DNA of 54,804 nt, counting the filler, from Dimargaris cristalligena (Eukaryota), in NCBI GenBank assembly GCA_003614675.1. It is 4 parts of 4 records of this genome, joined end to end, with 100 filler letters (N's around TTAATTAATTAA, not from the genome) between each part and the next. Parts side by side here need not be neighbours in the genome. Positions count along the whole stretch, not along the records: positions 1 to 13,759 come from ML002980.1; positions 13,860 to 27,487 come from ML002982.1; 2 more parts are not named here. One strand, given 5' to 3'. The position numbers and the translations under genes were made by a program. Under the pieces are notes generated by a model. It saw nothing but the letters and a program-made list of their open reading frames with translations, made no database searches and was not told the origin of the DNA. How positions within the stretch are numbered: position 1 is the first letter of the stretch; each line of letters starts with the position of its first letter. This document shows positions 1 to 14,014 of the stretch, one piece after another.

Positions 1-824
1 AGGAATTCCGTAAGCGCCGCAAGGACGAATCCGAGAAGGAGTACGTCAAGAAGCTGACCAGTGAATTCTGTATCAGCTCGACCATGCGCCACCCCAACAT
101 TGTCGAAACCGTCGACTTGGTCCAGGACCAGCAGCAGCGCTGGTGCCAGGTCATGGAGTACTGCCCCGGTGGTGACTTGTACACCGTGATCCGGGAGGGC
201 AACATGGCCGGCCCCGAGATTGACTGCTGCTTCCGGCAGATGGTCCAGGGCGTGGCTTATCTGCACTCCATGGGTGTGGCCCACCGGGATATCAAACCCG
301 AGAACCTCCTCGTGGACGCCTACGGCCACGTCAAAATCACCGACTTTGGTGTCGCCGATGTGTTCCGCATGTGCTGGGAAAATACCACCCACATGTCCCG
401 CGGCTTCTGCGGTTCCGAGCCCTACATTGCCCCCGAGCAGTTCTCCGGCAAACCCTACGATGCCCGCAAGGTGGACGTCTGGTCCTGCGGTGTGGTGCTC
501 TACGCCATGTACTGCAAGGGTGTGCCCTTCCGCACGGCCACCAAGCACGACCCCAACTACGTGCGATACCTGGAGGCCAAGGCTTCGGGTAAGGTATACG
601 AGCCATTCCGCAAACTGCCCCCCAAGGCCAGTGCCCTCATCGCCCAGATGCTGGAACCTGATGTGGAGAAACGTATCTCCATCCAAGACATCGTTGACGA
701 CTCCTGGGTCCAAAGCATCGAGTTGTGTAATAATGGTGAAACCCCCTCGAAACAACACCACCAGCACTTCACCGAGGACTATGCCCTAAACCAACTGAAA
801 CACCCCAGTAACCGTCGGTCGTAA
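1..824 (+). CDS. HAL/Hrk1/Sat4-family Ser/Thr protein kinase, 5'-truncated at window start
   Basis: Frame from base 3 reads EFRKRRKDESEKEYVKKLTSEFCISSTMRHPNIVETVDL, typical of fungal HAL-family kinases. HRDIKPEN, DFG, GSEPYIAPE and DVWSCG motifs follow. Stop TAA at 822-824. The ORF-track Met at 84 is internal. Confidence 0.9.
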   Translation, partial: EFRKRRKDESEKEYVKKLTSEFCISSTMRHPNIVETVDLVQDQQQRWCQVMEYCPGGDLYTVIREGNMAGPEIDCCFRQMVQGVAYLHSMGVAHRDIKPENLLVDAYGHVKITDFGVADVFRMCWENTTHMSRGFCGSEPYIAPEQFSGKPYDARKVDVWSCGVVLYAMYCKGVPFRTATKHDPNYVRYLEAKASGKVYEPFRKLPPKASALIAQMLEPDVEKRISIQDIVDDSWVQSIELCNNGETPSKQHHQHFTEDYALNQLKHPSNRRS

Positions 825-3800
825 TAATAATCGTTTAATCGTAATCCTAATGTTGAATGTGACGGTGTCGGTCTGGCCCATATTAGACTCGCATTTCCCC
901 CCTCCGCTTCCTTCGCTGCCCCCCCCCCTGCAATTCATGTCCGATTAGATATCACCCATTATATTATTATTCCTCTTCCTTCACACTCCCCGCGTTCTCT
1001 ACTCTATCTCTTCCCTGGCTTCTTGGGTGAGGTAGACGGAACCCCAAAAAACATCCCACCTTATTGTATTGTGTCGTTGTTAGTCCCTCCGCTCTTTACA
1101 CGCACGTACACCCTATTCCTTCTTCTCTCTCCCCTTTGTCTTGCGTTCTTCGGGCATCCTGTGTATATAGCTAATTTATATACATGCTCATTACTCCCCC
1201 TCTCCTACATTTGTATATTACATATATCCATATGTATCTGTATTTTTATCATCCCCCCTTTTTGAATTCAACTCGCCCTATTCCCTCCTTCCCCGTTTAA
1301 TAACTCCCTTTTTAACCTCCATCTAACGTACAGTAGTACTTTTGTGCCTCTAAAATCCGACTGCTAATGAAATCTCTCTCTCTCTCTCTCTCTTTTACCT
1401 TGGCTGTTCATTTTAAAGAAGCTTGCTGTCCTTAGCGGATGTTTTGGCGTGTGCACACACTCGCACTCTTTTCCTCAACTGTTTAATCTACCTAATAAGA
1501 ATGTGATGATAATTGCCTTCCCCTATATAACTTTTGATGTACATGATGTCATGGCGGGAGAGGCTCTACTAATGGAATTGGCAGCTTGGTTATATGGTGG
1601 TGGTGGTATTCCGCACTAACGATGGGTGGGTGGGGGGGAAGGGTTTGACTGATACACACCCAAATAGAAGAGAGGGCCATGTCGCCACCAACTCCGGTTT
1701 TTCGGCTATGGGTAGTGGCGACAGCCTTCTTCCAATCGATGTGTTCGTGATTGAGAGAGAGATTCACCATGATTAGACCAACCACCTATCACATTACTAG
1801 GCGGGAGTAGCATCAAGGAAGGAGGGGGAGATTGGGTAATCTGGAGTTGCGGAGTGTTGGGATAACGAAGAAAGAAGCGGAAAATAAATTCAAGTGCATG
1901 GGAGAGAGAGGAGGGGTTGCGCCGGTTGTATATAAATGTATATATTTGGAAATTCTCTTTTGTGAGAGTGTATGTGTTCTACAAAATTGTAAATTACTAA
2001 TAGATTTGGGCGGAGGGCGGGGTCGATGATGTAGGTGTAGAGGTGGTTGGGAGGCTGACCTGCCAGATGAGCTATCCATGTATGGAAACTACGTAGTTGG
2101 GAAATCCAGGAATCCGGGCCGTATTACACAGTGTACTCGGAATCCAATTCAACATCCACCAACGGTGCCTTATTGGCTGGACCCATCGTTCTGGGTCGAA
2201 AAGGGGGATAGGGCAAGTTCAGTTGACTTTTGAAGAATCTCCACTACATGTAATCAGCCCTGTCTAGAATCCCCAGAGGCTCACTTACAGCTTACAGTAA
2301 GATCACACACACACTTGGCAACGCTGGTAGTTTAATTGAAAATATCGTGGTGGTCGTAGGTTTAACCATGAGGGCGATAGTCAAAAGAGTGGACGAGGGT
2401 GATATGTGTGTGGGGGGGAGAGAGGGAGTTCATGTTGGCGTGAGCCACTCCCTCCACTATATATCACATAATAGCGGACCTGGGAACACACGTCCAACAA
2501 CCATAACCCAATTGGGTTTGAGGAGAGATAGCCTTGGCGAAATTGGTTTACATTTGCGCCCTCCTTCTTGACCCAGTGTCAATAATCCCCGCCCCCCCTC
2601 CCCTTTCCCTCCTACACGTGTGTAAATGGGTCGCTTCGATGGTCGAGGTGTGCTTTTGTAACGGGCCACTTGGCCAATGCAGTAAAGGGTTCAATGTAAC
2701 ATCCGGCCAAGCGAGAACGTCTGCGCTCGTGAGGTGATCCCAAACCACCGGTACCCGCCACTTCCTAAGGCCGGGGTGGCGGTGGTTCCTTTCTTTAGCT
2801 ATTACCATATTTTACCACTATTTAACCCGTAATGGTATCAATGACTCGATACTAGTCAATCCGCTTTTTATTTGGGCATTCTAAAACGAGGTTTTTATAT
2901 TCAACACTGGTTTAATTTACTCCCAATTCCTTCGACTGTTAGCCTACATTTAACATATATGGCCCTATAGCCCATTTGAAAAGTCAATCGGGCCGAAAAA
3001 TTGTAACTTAAATCCAAATAGCAGTTCCATTGCCCTGAATTGGCCAGTTTTTTTTTAAAAAAAAAAAAAGAAAGAAAGAAAGAAAAAACACCTACTCGCC
3101 TATACTCTTCCTACAACTACTATCATATTCCCAGTAGTCTGAAAGTGAAAGGGTAACCGGCTCAAAGTTACCGTAATCTTTAAAATCTCGCTATACTTAC
3201 AATCTTAGTTTACAATGAAAAGCCCATATTTTACCAATGGTGGCTAATACCTTACGGGGGGTCGACTTAGTTAAATGAGCTATGGAGAGCCAACATTCAC
3301 TGCTTATTTTACAGGTACTTGCCGAGCCACCCGGTATAGTAGACTGCCCTAATACCAATACCTATTCTAGCCTCAAATAGTTACACCAGTACAGACGTGA
3401 ATACAATTGGAAATGCTACAATAGTGACGGAAACAGGGCCATGCGCCATCCAATCCAGGCGGACTAGCAATGGGATAGAACATTCTGGATAAGGGTTGCT
3501 AATGAATCAACCAGATATAGTCGTAAATACCGCTAGTTGCTGCGATATTTAGGTGACTACTAAATGACGGTGTTTCTATTTGCAAATTTCTGGACAGTGA
3601 ACCACAATGGATATGTTGGTCGTGTTCTAGAAATGATGACTAAATGTGGACTGCGGATAGGGAGTAAGAACTAATGGGTTGCTTCCTGGTCGATATATCA
3701 ATATATCCTTATAAAGTGGGCATGGCTAACGGGTGCCTTATGCTAGCTAGCTAGTTAAAATAGGATTATGCTACAGATTAGGGTAAATGATAAGTCTGGT

Positions 3801-6800
3801 GTATATGTAAGCCATCTTCCCTTGGTTTACAACACCAAATGGTGTGATCGGAGCATGTATCGATGTTAAATCACTAAGCTCTTTATAGGGCTTATTAGAT
3901 GTGCGATAGCACTAGACTATGTGGACCGTAAAACGCGGGATAGCAGTGTGAGCGATACACCCCCAATATAATTGCAATTGCCCAACCAAAGGTATGTTGT
4001 AATGGTTGTCCTGGATTAGAACAGTCCATCGGTCCCATTCAGGCTCATCAATGGATCACATCTACTAATTGCCGTAGTTTACTCTCATTAATCTAGGTAT
4101 TTATAATTCCACTCGTCCGGAGGTGCGCGTATTGTTTTAAATGCATAAGTGAGGGCCACTAAAAAATTGCTAAGGTGATTTTTCCTCAAAATGATGACCA
4201 GTCCTGGATGTATTTTCCTGGAGAAGCAAGGCCGAATGCTTGGCGCAATCACCCCCAATAAATTCATATAACCATTTTGCTACCAGGTACTAATTATTAG
4301 ATCTCATCGGCTAGAAACGTATAGGTGGGATGCGGGAGCTGTAAAAGATGATCTAATGAGCGACCCATTTATTTATGCACGGGGGTAGCTCGTGATAGCA
4401 TGGTCGAGCCCAGGGGTGGTATATGGTGCATCGTTGCGGGAATTTTGAGACGAAGGTACCAAGAGATGATATTAGGTGTGGTGTCTATTAGCCGTTATAT
4501 AATAGTATTATAGTTCACTGCATCCGATCTGAGGTCCTTCCAATCCATCACGACACGGGTGCTGTCCGAAAGAAGCCAATGGGCATAGCCACTCCAGCGG
4601 CAATGGCGTTTCTTTTCCGGACCATGGCACACTCCATGGGTCGGCCAGCTGCAGGGTGGTGAAGTAATACAGCAGCGGTAAAGTACGGCATTAATGTACT
4701 TTACCATGGCATTTTGCCAAAACGTTTGATGGAGATTTAGTTTGGTATACCACCGCCAGTAACCCCAGCTGTCTATCAGTTGGAACTAGCTTGGGAATCC
4801 GCGTAACTCGGGGCGTTGATCTAGTGCCATGGTAGATCAGTAACTCCCTGTTTTGTCGGTGTGACTGGGGCTGGTTCGGTACCTTATGGCACCTTTCCTC
4901 TAGGTGTCTGTATCGATATTATTGATTCTGTCTGGCTACATTTCCTTAGCACCATGGTACTTGGACCTGTACTGTTTGCGGAGTAGTAATTCAAGTACAG
5001 TTGAGATATGAGAAAGAGGGGGTGGGAGGATATGGCCATGCTCGACGCTACCTAGGTAGGGGTTAGGTAAACACGGGAGTACTAGAATGTGACGGGTCGA
5101 CCACGGGTAATCGTATCGGGTGCTCATTGAACAGGCTAATTCGTATTCAGTGTCGCCTATTTTATATGGGTCCAGGGGTAGCCATGCCAGGGAGTGTAGT
5201 ATATAGAATAGCGCATTTTCCAGTATCCCGGGCATGAGTTATTTATATATACCGACTAGGCAGGGAATCCATGCTGAACTGTTTCACCGGGACCACTCCA
5301 CCAAGGCGCCCATGATCCAACTACAGGGCTATTCACGGAATGGACAATAGTAAGAAGGGGATAGGCACATTTGCCATACCAATCAATACCGGATCGAGTG
5401 TATGGGAAGCCAACCCCACGCTATAATACCCCTTTCCCCTTTTACTGTGCAATTCCTAGGCTGTTCCATTTTACCCCATTTATATCAACGATTACCAGAG
5501 AGTATTTAATTAGTTTTTTGGTATACCCAAAATAATGCAAGATTTTAGAAAAAAAAAACTAGAAAGGCGGGATGGTGTCTGGTTTCGGGCTTTACGCTGG
5601 GGATTCTATACTCCAGGGTTAGCTGGCTTCTGGGCCCGTGGGGGTTCCCGCTGCAAGGATCACCAGACTGGTGAGCCTCTCTCTCTCTTCTCACTGGACC
5701 CTGGCTTCTTTGGCCGAGTCCCGTGCACAAGTGGGGTGGTTGTTCCGTTTGGCGAGGAATGTGATATGGGAGAGAGTGGGGGAGAGGAGTGAGCAGGAGC
5801 AGGGTGATTGGGGTTGCTTAGCCCTTGTGCCCCGCTCACCCGCCCTGCTAATCACAGGGATGTCAACCGTTTATGGGCAGCGGATGATGGTGATACCAAG
5901 TGATGATTAATTCTTTGGGTCGAAGAGGTGAGTATAATTTATCATTCATCAAAATAATAGCCAAGAGGAGGAGGAGGGGGGGTAGCGTAAACTGAATACG
6001 AGTGTATTAGACTATAAATCCATGTATATATATTATATAATCAAGCTAATTGGAAAGCGAGTATCGGCAAATTTTCCCAGTGAGACGCACCCGATCCCGA
6101 TTCTACGTTTGTGTGGACTGACTGTAAGTGGGTCTCGTTTGGTGGTTCGGGCCGATCCAACGATGGATTTCCTTTCCTAGAAGCTTGGGGACTAAATCGA
6201 CCCGAGATTGCCTGTGGCAGTGACACTCGTCGCCCTCTTCCCTGTGGAAAAACATAGAGTGAATCTAAAAGGCTTGGCTAGGTGTTTTTTTTTTCTTCTT
6301 ATATATATATATATATTTCAAACTTTTTGTTTGACAAGTCTCGTGGTTTACCCTCCCTCACTCCATATTACATACCAAGACTGATCACCCCAAAGTGACC
6401 GGCCATGTGTAGTATGATTGTCATTAAATACTACCGTAAGTGTTGTGGTGTTCTAGTAGTTACTTACCCCATGTGAGCAACCCGTATTTGGGAGGGGGGG
6501 GGATATACATTCAACCGGGGATTGCCAATTGATTAGTCGTTAAATTAGACTCTTGCCGATGGCGTGTTTTATTTTACGCTCAGTACCGGGATCTCGGTTG
6601 GATTGCGCCCCGCTGTTTTTTAATATTTATAGGCAGAGAGGGGGAGGTTAGTAATGATTAATTGCGGCCCTTTTATTTTTATATACATGAGTATCTTTTG
6701 TCAGCGAAGTGCGCCAGGCCTTTACTTCAGGGATCATTTGGCAAATGGGAGATGGTGTTTTAGTAGAAAAAAGAGCAGGAAGGGGGGGGGTATGGTACAA

Positions 6801-9053
6801 TAAATACTACTTATGACTAGTTTTATCTGCCACACTGCACTGCCTAGTATTGCGGCGCCCCTTTTACTTACCACTGGATAATAGTGATCTGAGGAGTGGA
6901 GGGGAGAGGCCATATTTATGTATTATATAACTCTTTCTCCCCTGACTTTCTTCGCCATTATTATTTTCTGTGGATATGGGGCGTGTTCCTTGGTGCAACT
7001 GGAGCGGTGGTGAATGGGCCCGACTCTACTTTATTCGCCACGCCTACCTAACTGTGGCAGCCTCTTTCTTACCAGTCTTGAAACTTTTTTACTGCTCTGG
7101 CTGGTCTCGCGTACTGTATAGTCCCCGTTTCTTTCAGTGTCTGCTGATAGGACCACACGTCGTTGTCGTCTGTTTTATAGGGTTATATACTATTGTTATT
7201 ACTGCTACTACTTTCTTTCTTACTTACTAGTTAAACTCCCGGCCAAACTACCCCGACGACCTCCTTCCTTCTCTTCGTTAAATGCCCTTGGGTAGTATAG
7301 TATAGTATAGAGCACCCCCTCTCCTCTCATTGCGCTTTCTACTTGCCTTTTTGCACTACTGCAGCCAACCAGCAGCACTCCAATGGGTTAGCCGAGGGCT
7401 GTTTTTATATTATATATGTAGTGTACAACCAAACCTCTCTTAATATACTCTTTCGCTTTCCCGGTCACAAAATCACTTCGGTCTTCCGCGCTGCGCAGCC
7501 ACTTCTATTCGTCGCATTTCCTTTCTTTCTTTCCACATGCCTTGTTTTCACTCCTGCTGCTGTTCTATTGTCACTTGAAGCCCTATTATATCCGCATTTC
7601 CAACATCCACCCAACACGTTCTTCTATCAGCCCTCTTTTCCCCCTTCCCTCTCTTTCGCCAACTTCCCACTTCCCACTTCCCACTTCTCATCCCACCCCC
7701 CTGACTTACTACTACTACTACTACTACTACTAGTAGTCTCTTTATAGCTCACCTGCCTTTTTTTGAGGGGTTGGTTACTCACTCACTTTCTCTCTCTCTC
7801 TCCCTGTCTTTCCCGTTCTCTCTCCCTCTCCCTTTCCCACTCTCATCCCTTACACTCCACAGGTGTGGATGCTTCGTCTCCATCTGCCCTGATCCACCCT
7901 TTCCGTACCTTTATTTTCAGCCTACTCCATAGTGCTTATTTGACTACTCTAGTGTGCTTTATCGTGCAAGCCCACCTTCCACCAAAGATCCAAAAGAAGC
8001 CCCTAACCCTCTTTTTATCTCTCCTGTTCACACTTAATTGTCCCACCACTGACTGACTGACCTCCTCCCACCTACAATTGGGTTCAGCACTTTCCAACAT
8101 CTCCATTTCGGTCGCCACCGGAAGAAGAGCAGCGTCGTTCCTACGCATCCCCTATTTTACTTGGTGTCCACTTCGTCTAGTCCCACTTACTTCATCGTTT
8201 CCCAACTTCTGTACTACTTCTGCCGTCAGCCCTTGTTCAGTAACTCTTATCCATCAGCGTGTCGTTTAATAGCCGGTTTCCCATACATCTCCTTCTACGT
8301 CCACCGAACCCGGGCATCCCCCCTCATAGTCCCTCCAGCCGTCTTTACATTATCCTATCAGTCAATCCATTTGGTCGCGTAGCTAGTGGTAATTGCCCGT
8401 CATTTCCGCCAATTCGAAGCCCAGTCCACCGCCCGAACCCTCTGTGGCCGGCCAGGCGCCTAATTGGCTTCCAACCCCCCGATTTCTAAGGTAGATTCCA
8501 TCGCTTTTTATTTTTTTTATAAAATAACTCTTACATAGCGGGGCTAGCGTTGCCCGGATGGACCGCCGTGTCCGTGGGAGGTTCCTATGCATCCCCTTTT
8601 AAGGTTTGAATGAGATGGCATACATGCATACACGCCAGTGGCCTCCCTTTACCTTAAATCAAACTCCCCAAGATTATATGCTCTTTCGGAGGTTATACCT
8701 TCATTTATAGTTCATCTGGCGTTTCCAGCTCCACTCTTCCGCATCCTTTAGTTCACTTTACTGCTTTGTGTATGTATTTATTCGGAAAGTTGTTCGGTGG
8801 TTACTGTTGTAAATGCCCCGAGCTTCCAATGTACTTGTAGCTCGAAACATTCCTAACCAGCCTCCCCTTCTCCATTTCCGTTTTCCTACTTTCCCGACCA
8901 GTAGTCATACGCGCATCCACATTTTAGACCAGTGACCGTAATTTGGGCGAAATTTGTCTGTCCTGCCAGGCCTTTTCCATCCGTGGACGCGAAATCTCCT
9001 CGTTATCCATAGTTACTTCAGAGACTTCCTTATTACACAACATAGTGACAACT

Positions 9054-12000
9054 ATGGGCGAATCGAGCATGCGGGTCAAAATCTACGAGCTATCGGCTCA
9101 GTCATTATGGCAGGACCGGGGTACTGGGTACTGCTCCTGTCTATTTATTGATGTAAGTCACCCTTGTTTGTATTTGGCATTAATCGCCGAAGACGTCAAC
9201 TGACCAACCCTTTCCTCTTTTAAAACCCGTATTCCACCAGTTCATTTCGTATCTAAGCCCCGGGATGTAGTTATCCATGTCATTAACCACGCTCTATTGC
9301 TATGCCCTGATTTTACCATAAAACCCCTTACCTACCGCCTGACTCGTTCGTCTTTTAGTCGATCAACGACTACTGTTTGGTCGTTCATGCCGAATCCGAC
9401 GAATCCATTCTCCTATCCTCGCCTGTAATGAAAGAAGACCAATATCAGAAGCAACAAGGTACTTACTACTATTACTATCGGCTTTTTTATGCTTGGCATA
9501 TTCCTTAATAATGTCTCACTAGCAGCCAAATTACGTCCAGACTGCTAATGGCGCAGCGGGCATTAATCCCCAAACTCCAGCAATAATCAGTCTTCACCCT
9601 AAATGTCTGGGTGCTGCGGAAGACTATTTGGACTGGTTGGATGTCCGTCTTTGGCTGATTTATTCTTACTGTAAATCCTGGGGGAAAAGGAGGGAGGGCC
9701 CTGGCCCACTGTTGGTTACCCCCACACCTCTCACCCGCTCAAATCTTATACCCAGACATCCGTCTAGTATGGTAACGTTCGGCGATTAATCCATACAAAT
9801 TACCCGTTCTTTTTTTCTTATTTTTTCCCGTGCCCATCCCCTCTTTCCTCTAGATTCGCTCATTGTTTGGTCTGACAAGGGCAGCAACAGTGATCTCGCG
9901 CTAAGTTTTCAGGAGCCCGCGAGCTGTGCTGATATATGGTAAGTATGCTGGTTATGTATAACCGCTTTATTCTGTCTCCAGTAAGGGAGTTTGCGCCCCA
10001 TGATGGCTACTGGACCATCTTTTTACTTTTTGCACTGATCTAACCATGGTTATTTATTCTCAAATATAATTGACTATACGTGTCACTCGCTAGGGGTAAA
10101 ATCTGTGAAATTCAGCTGCAACACAAAAACCAAGGTCAAGGTAAATATATTGCTTTCTTGTAGTACTACAGTCCCCGTACGGATGCCACTTTTAGATATA
10201 CTTATAACCGACCTTATTCCATGGCATGCTAGAGGCCTCTCTAGCTTATCAAACGACTTATGCCACACACGGGATCCAGCGGTTATATATAGGGATATAT
10301 TCCCGATTTATCACAACTGGGTTTTACTAGAATGTAATCGATCTTATCTAACTCTGCGCCCACCAATCTATTATTCCCTTCGATTTTTGTCCCCAGAATT
10401 GGAAATATGGTTTAATCCGTCCAAATTTGAAATGCCGACCCCATCCATCGGCACGCTGCCCAAGATTCTGGATCTTCTCAAACAGTCCACTATTACGCAA
10501 TACCGCCGTGACCTCATCATGGCGTACATCCACCGAACCAAATACCTGGATCAGCTTATTCCGGTTTTTGAGACTTGTGAGGACCTAGAGGCCATTGACG
10601 ACCTTCATATCCTTTGCCGCATCATGAAGCATATCAGTAAGTGCAGTGCATGGATTGTATACCGGTCTTACTCTATTACACCCGATCAATGGCTACTCTA
10701 GTTATTATACCCATTTTTTTTTTGAAATTGCGTTATCTAAACCCCACTCTTCCTTTATTCTCTTTCTCTCTATATATATTTTTACCAGTCCTAATTGCTG
10801 ATGATGCGATGATCAACCACATCATTGAAGACGACATTATTATACCCGTGGTGGGAATGTTCGAATACGACCCCGATTTCCCCTCCCCCAAAGTCAACCA
10901 CCGCGCCCACCTGTCCGACCCCGCTCGATTTAAAGAGGTTATTCCACTAGAGGATCCCGTGGTCAAAAAGAAAATCCACTTCTCGTTTCGCCTCCAGTAT
11001 CTCAAGGATGCCGTCCTGGTTGGCCTATCTGATGAGGGCATTTGCCAGGGTCTCAACACCAAAATCTTCTATTACAACATGGAAATTGTCGTGTCCATCG
11101 AAAACAACCACGAGTTCTTGGGTCGGCTGGTGGAAATCGTCAAGTCCCCGGACGAACCCGAAAGCAAAAAGCACGATGTGGTACTCTTTATACAGCAGCT
11201 CTGTTTTCTGACAAAGTCTTTCCAACCAGGTATCAAGTCTAATGTCTACCGTGCTCTTAGCCAAAACGGCCTCTTCGATGTCTTAGAGTACGCCATGACC
11301 TCGGACTCGGACCACATCCGGCTAGTGGCCTGCGAACTCATCACCACTATTCTCGAGTTTGACCGGCTTCTGGTGCGGTCCTACATCCTCGCCCAGGCCA
11401 AGCAAGGCAATCGTCCCCTAGTTAAGATTCTGGCGGAGACCTTTACCTCCGACAAGTCGTCGGGGGTTCAAATGCAGTGCTTTGAAATCCTGCGAGTGTT
11501 GTTGGATGTATTGGTCAGTGGAGTCCCCGATGCCATGCAGTCCGCTTTGATTGAAGGCGTAGGTGGGACCAGCAGTGCGGTTGCGCCGACCTCCCAGGTG
11601 GATTCGGAAACGGAACAGTTCGTTAGCCTCTTCTACGAGACCTGTTCTAACCAAGTTGCCAAACCGATATTGTCGCTGACGGCCGAGCAAGTAGCTGAGC
11701 TACATCATTTGCCGGCGATCCAGGCCCAGGTCTACGTCCTTGTGTGTGAACTATTGACCTTCTGCATCCGCCAACACTCCTTCCGCAGCCGGTTTTTCGT
11801 TCTCAGCGGTACCGTTGTCGAGCAGCTCGGTCTCCTCCTTACAGCCCGAGTCAAGCATATCCAGCTCGCTGCGCTTCGTTTCTTCCGCGCCTGTGTTGGG
11901 ACCACGGACAACTTCGTGATCCGGTACTTGATACGCAAAGGTATTCTTGAGCGCATCATGGTCCTCTTCGACCAGAATAAGGGACGCTATAACCTACTTA

Positions 12001-13499
12001 ATTCGGCCTGTCTTGATTTCTTCGAGTTTGTCACTTTGAGGAACCTTAAGCCAATAATAACCCACTTAGCTCGCCAGTACACTGACCAGCTCACGGAGGG
12101 TATCACGTATACATCGGTCACCAAACAGTTGCTTCAGCGATTTGGCCACAATATGGAAAGCCAGCGCCTTTTGGAAGACCGGAGAGGTAGCGGCGGGGCT
12201 ACTTCTAACTTAACGGACGGGCCAGCGTCGAGTACTTCCGATGATATTAATGGGGCCACTGATAGTCCGGGGCTCATGAAGCGGCACCGATTGCCGCGTC
12301 GCCCGCCCCCGACCGCACCACCTTCCAGCGGGTGGTCGACTGAGACGATTGACGACGATGAGGGGGCCTACTTTGATACCTCAGACGGTGAAGATAATTC
12401 CCTAGGGGACTCGCCCGTTAGTCCAATTGCCCCGAAACCCCCCGCGACTCCGACCACTCACTCTAAGAGTAAGCCCAAGGATAAGGATCTGGAAGGGGAT
12501 GCCGGCGAGCTAGTTGATAAACCGATCACCCCTGAGCGTAGTCCTACCCCCGAGCGGGATGCCGAGCCACTAGTCGGTACGTCAAGCGAAGCGGATGAAC
12601 CCCCGGTAGCCGAATTCAAGCCCATGCCGACGAAGAAGGGCGCCAATGAGGACGGTGGGGCTAAGAAGGGGGATAAGTCAATCACTTTCCCGAGTAGGCT
12701 TCTCAAGCCAGGCTTCCGGTTCCAGTTTGGCCGAATTCCCGAGGTGATCACATCTAAATTACCCCTTTTGGCTAAAAGCAGTAATTCGGCCCTGGCTTCA
12801 CTCAGTCGTAAGTCCCCGACATCATCGCAGGTGGCTCCCGTTGATGATTCAGACAAGCCTGAAGATGATGGCCCCTTAACCGAGGACGTCCCAACGGGTA
12901 TATCGACCGACATGGCTCCGTTAATTCATACCAGTAGAGCCTCTTCCGCCGATGACTTGGCGGCTGCTAATGCTGCGTCTCTCCGGTCCGAAACTCCCGA
13001 ACCCGAATCTGATATCCATAACCCAGTGGTCCCAGAGACGGATACGTCGGAAGGTTTAGTGGCACCCAAGTCGATCCCGCAGGCTCCGTTGCCCAACTCC
13101 CAGGCTACTGCCCGCGATGTCACTAGCCCTTGCCCTGCCTTGGTCCGTCAACGTTCCTTTGGGCATTCGGCCAGTCGATCCACCGTTAACTTTCTAAACG
13201 GCAGTGGATCATCCACTCCTACTCGTGACCGCACTTTAGGGGCACTCCCCCGTCCCCACACTCCCCTGCCTATTACGCAGAAGCGATCCCGAGATGAAAT
13301 TATTGACGATATTGAGGGCGATTACGCTTCCACTATCCAGGACCTAGTTCATATTGCCGGTAGCTCACCCCGGTCCGACTCGTCAGAGACTGGTGGTGTA
13401 ACGGCAGTTCTTGAAGTCAGCTGCGATTCCCCCGTGGCCCGCAAGAAGCGGCAGTCCAATCCAGTCAAGCTGGCGGCTGGTGGCACATCAGGTCCATGA
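9054..13499 (+). CDS. PSY2: Protein phosphatase 4 regulatory subunit 3 (Psy2/SMK-1/PP4R3), 6 exons
   Basis: Spliced by hand: exons 9054-9152, 9359-9458, 9854-9938, 10094-10140, 10397-10636, 10789-13499, all GT-AG and phase-consistent. N-terminal EVH1-like region RVKIYEL..WQDRGTG..YQKQQDSLIVW..DLALSFQE..C..IW. SMK-1 region EYDPDFP..HR..F.EVIP..KIH..FRLQYLKD. Later LAALRFFR and RYNLLNSACLDFFEF. Confidence 0.93.
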
Positions 13500-13632
13500 T
13501 TTACGATCGTGTAATATATATATAGATATATCGTAACGAAGGGGGGAGGAGGTGACTGGCTTTTCATGGTTAACCCTCTTATCGCCTTGGAATGCGTGGC
13601 TGGTCACCCTCTGCCTCTGAAAATCATCATAT

Positions 13633-13759
13633 GGGTAAAGTTCAGCTTGGTTGTATAAGGGTTTAACCGATATGTGTATGGGAAAATTGGTGGGATGTTT
13701 ATTATCAACCGGTAGTACTTGCCTCATCAAATGGATTTTTCGTTATACAGCCTTGTTGA
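13633..13759. mobile_element. MITE copy truncated by contig end
   Basis: Preceded by ATAT. Starts GGGTAAAGTTCAGC and aligns with the reverse complement of 14802-14937 (shared TATAAGGGTTTA, ATATGTGTATGGGA, AATGGATTTTTCGTTATA). Confidence 0.75.
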
Positions 13760-13859
13760 NNNNNNNNNNNNNNNNNNNNNNNNNNNNNNNNNNNNNNNNN
13801 NNNTTAATTAATTAANNNNNNNNNNNNNNNNNNNNNNNNNNNNNNNNNNNNNNNNNNNN
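13760..13859. other. Artificial contig spacer (N44-TTAATTAATTAA-N44)
   Basis: 100 bp of N with a six-frame stop linker at 13804-13815; same design as the other two gaps. Confidence 0.98.
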
Positions 13860-14014
13860 GATAAATAAGGGGGAAGTACAAGATATGAAACTAACTAGTT
13901 GTAAACCCGGTAGGAGCATTTGTATGTATAGATGGTAACTTTGGATTATCTGGAAAGTAGTATTATTGATACCAGTTTGATACTACTGGTATCTAAAAGA
14001 TTCTGATAGGAAGG

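Noticed and set aside
13804..13815. TTAATTAATTAA repeated three times at ~13.7-kb spacing as a biological repeat
   Set aside because: Always centred in N runs; it is a six-frame stop linker.
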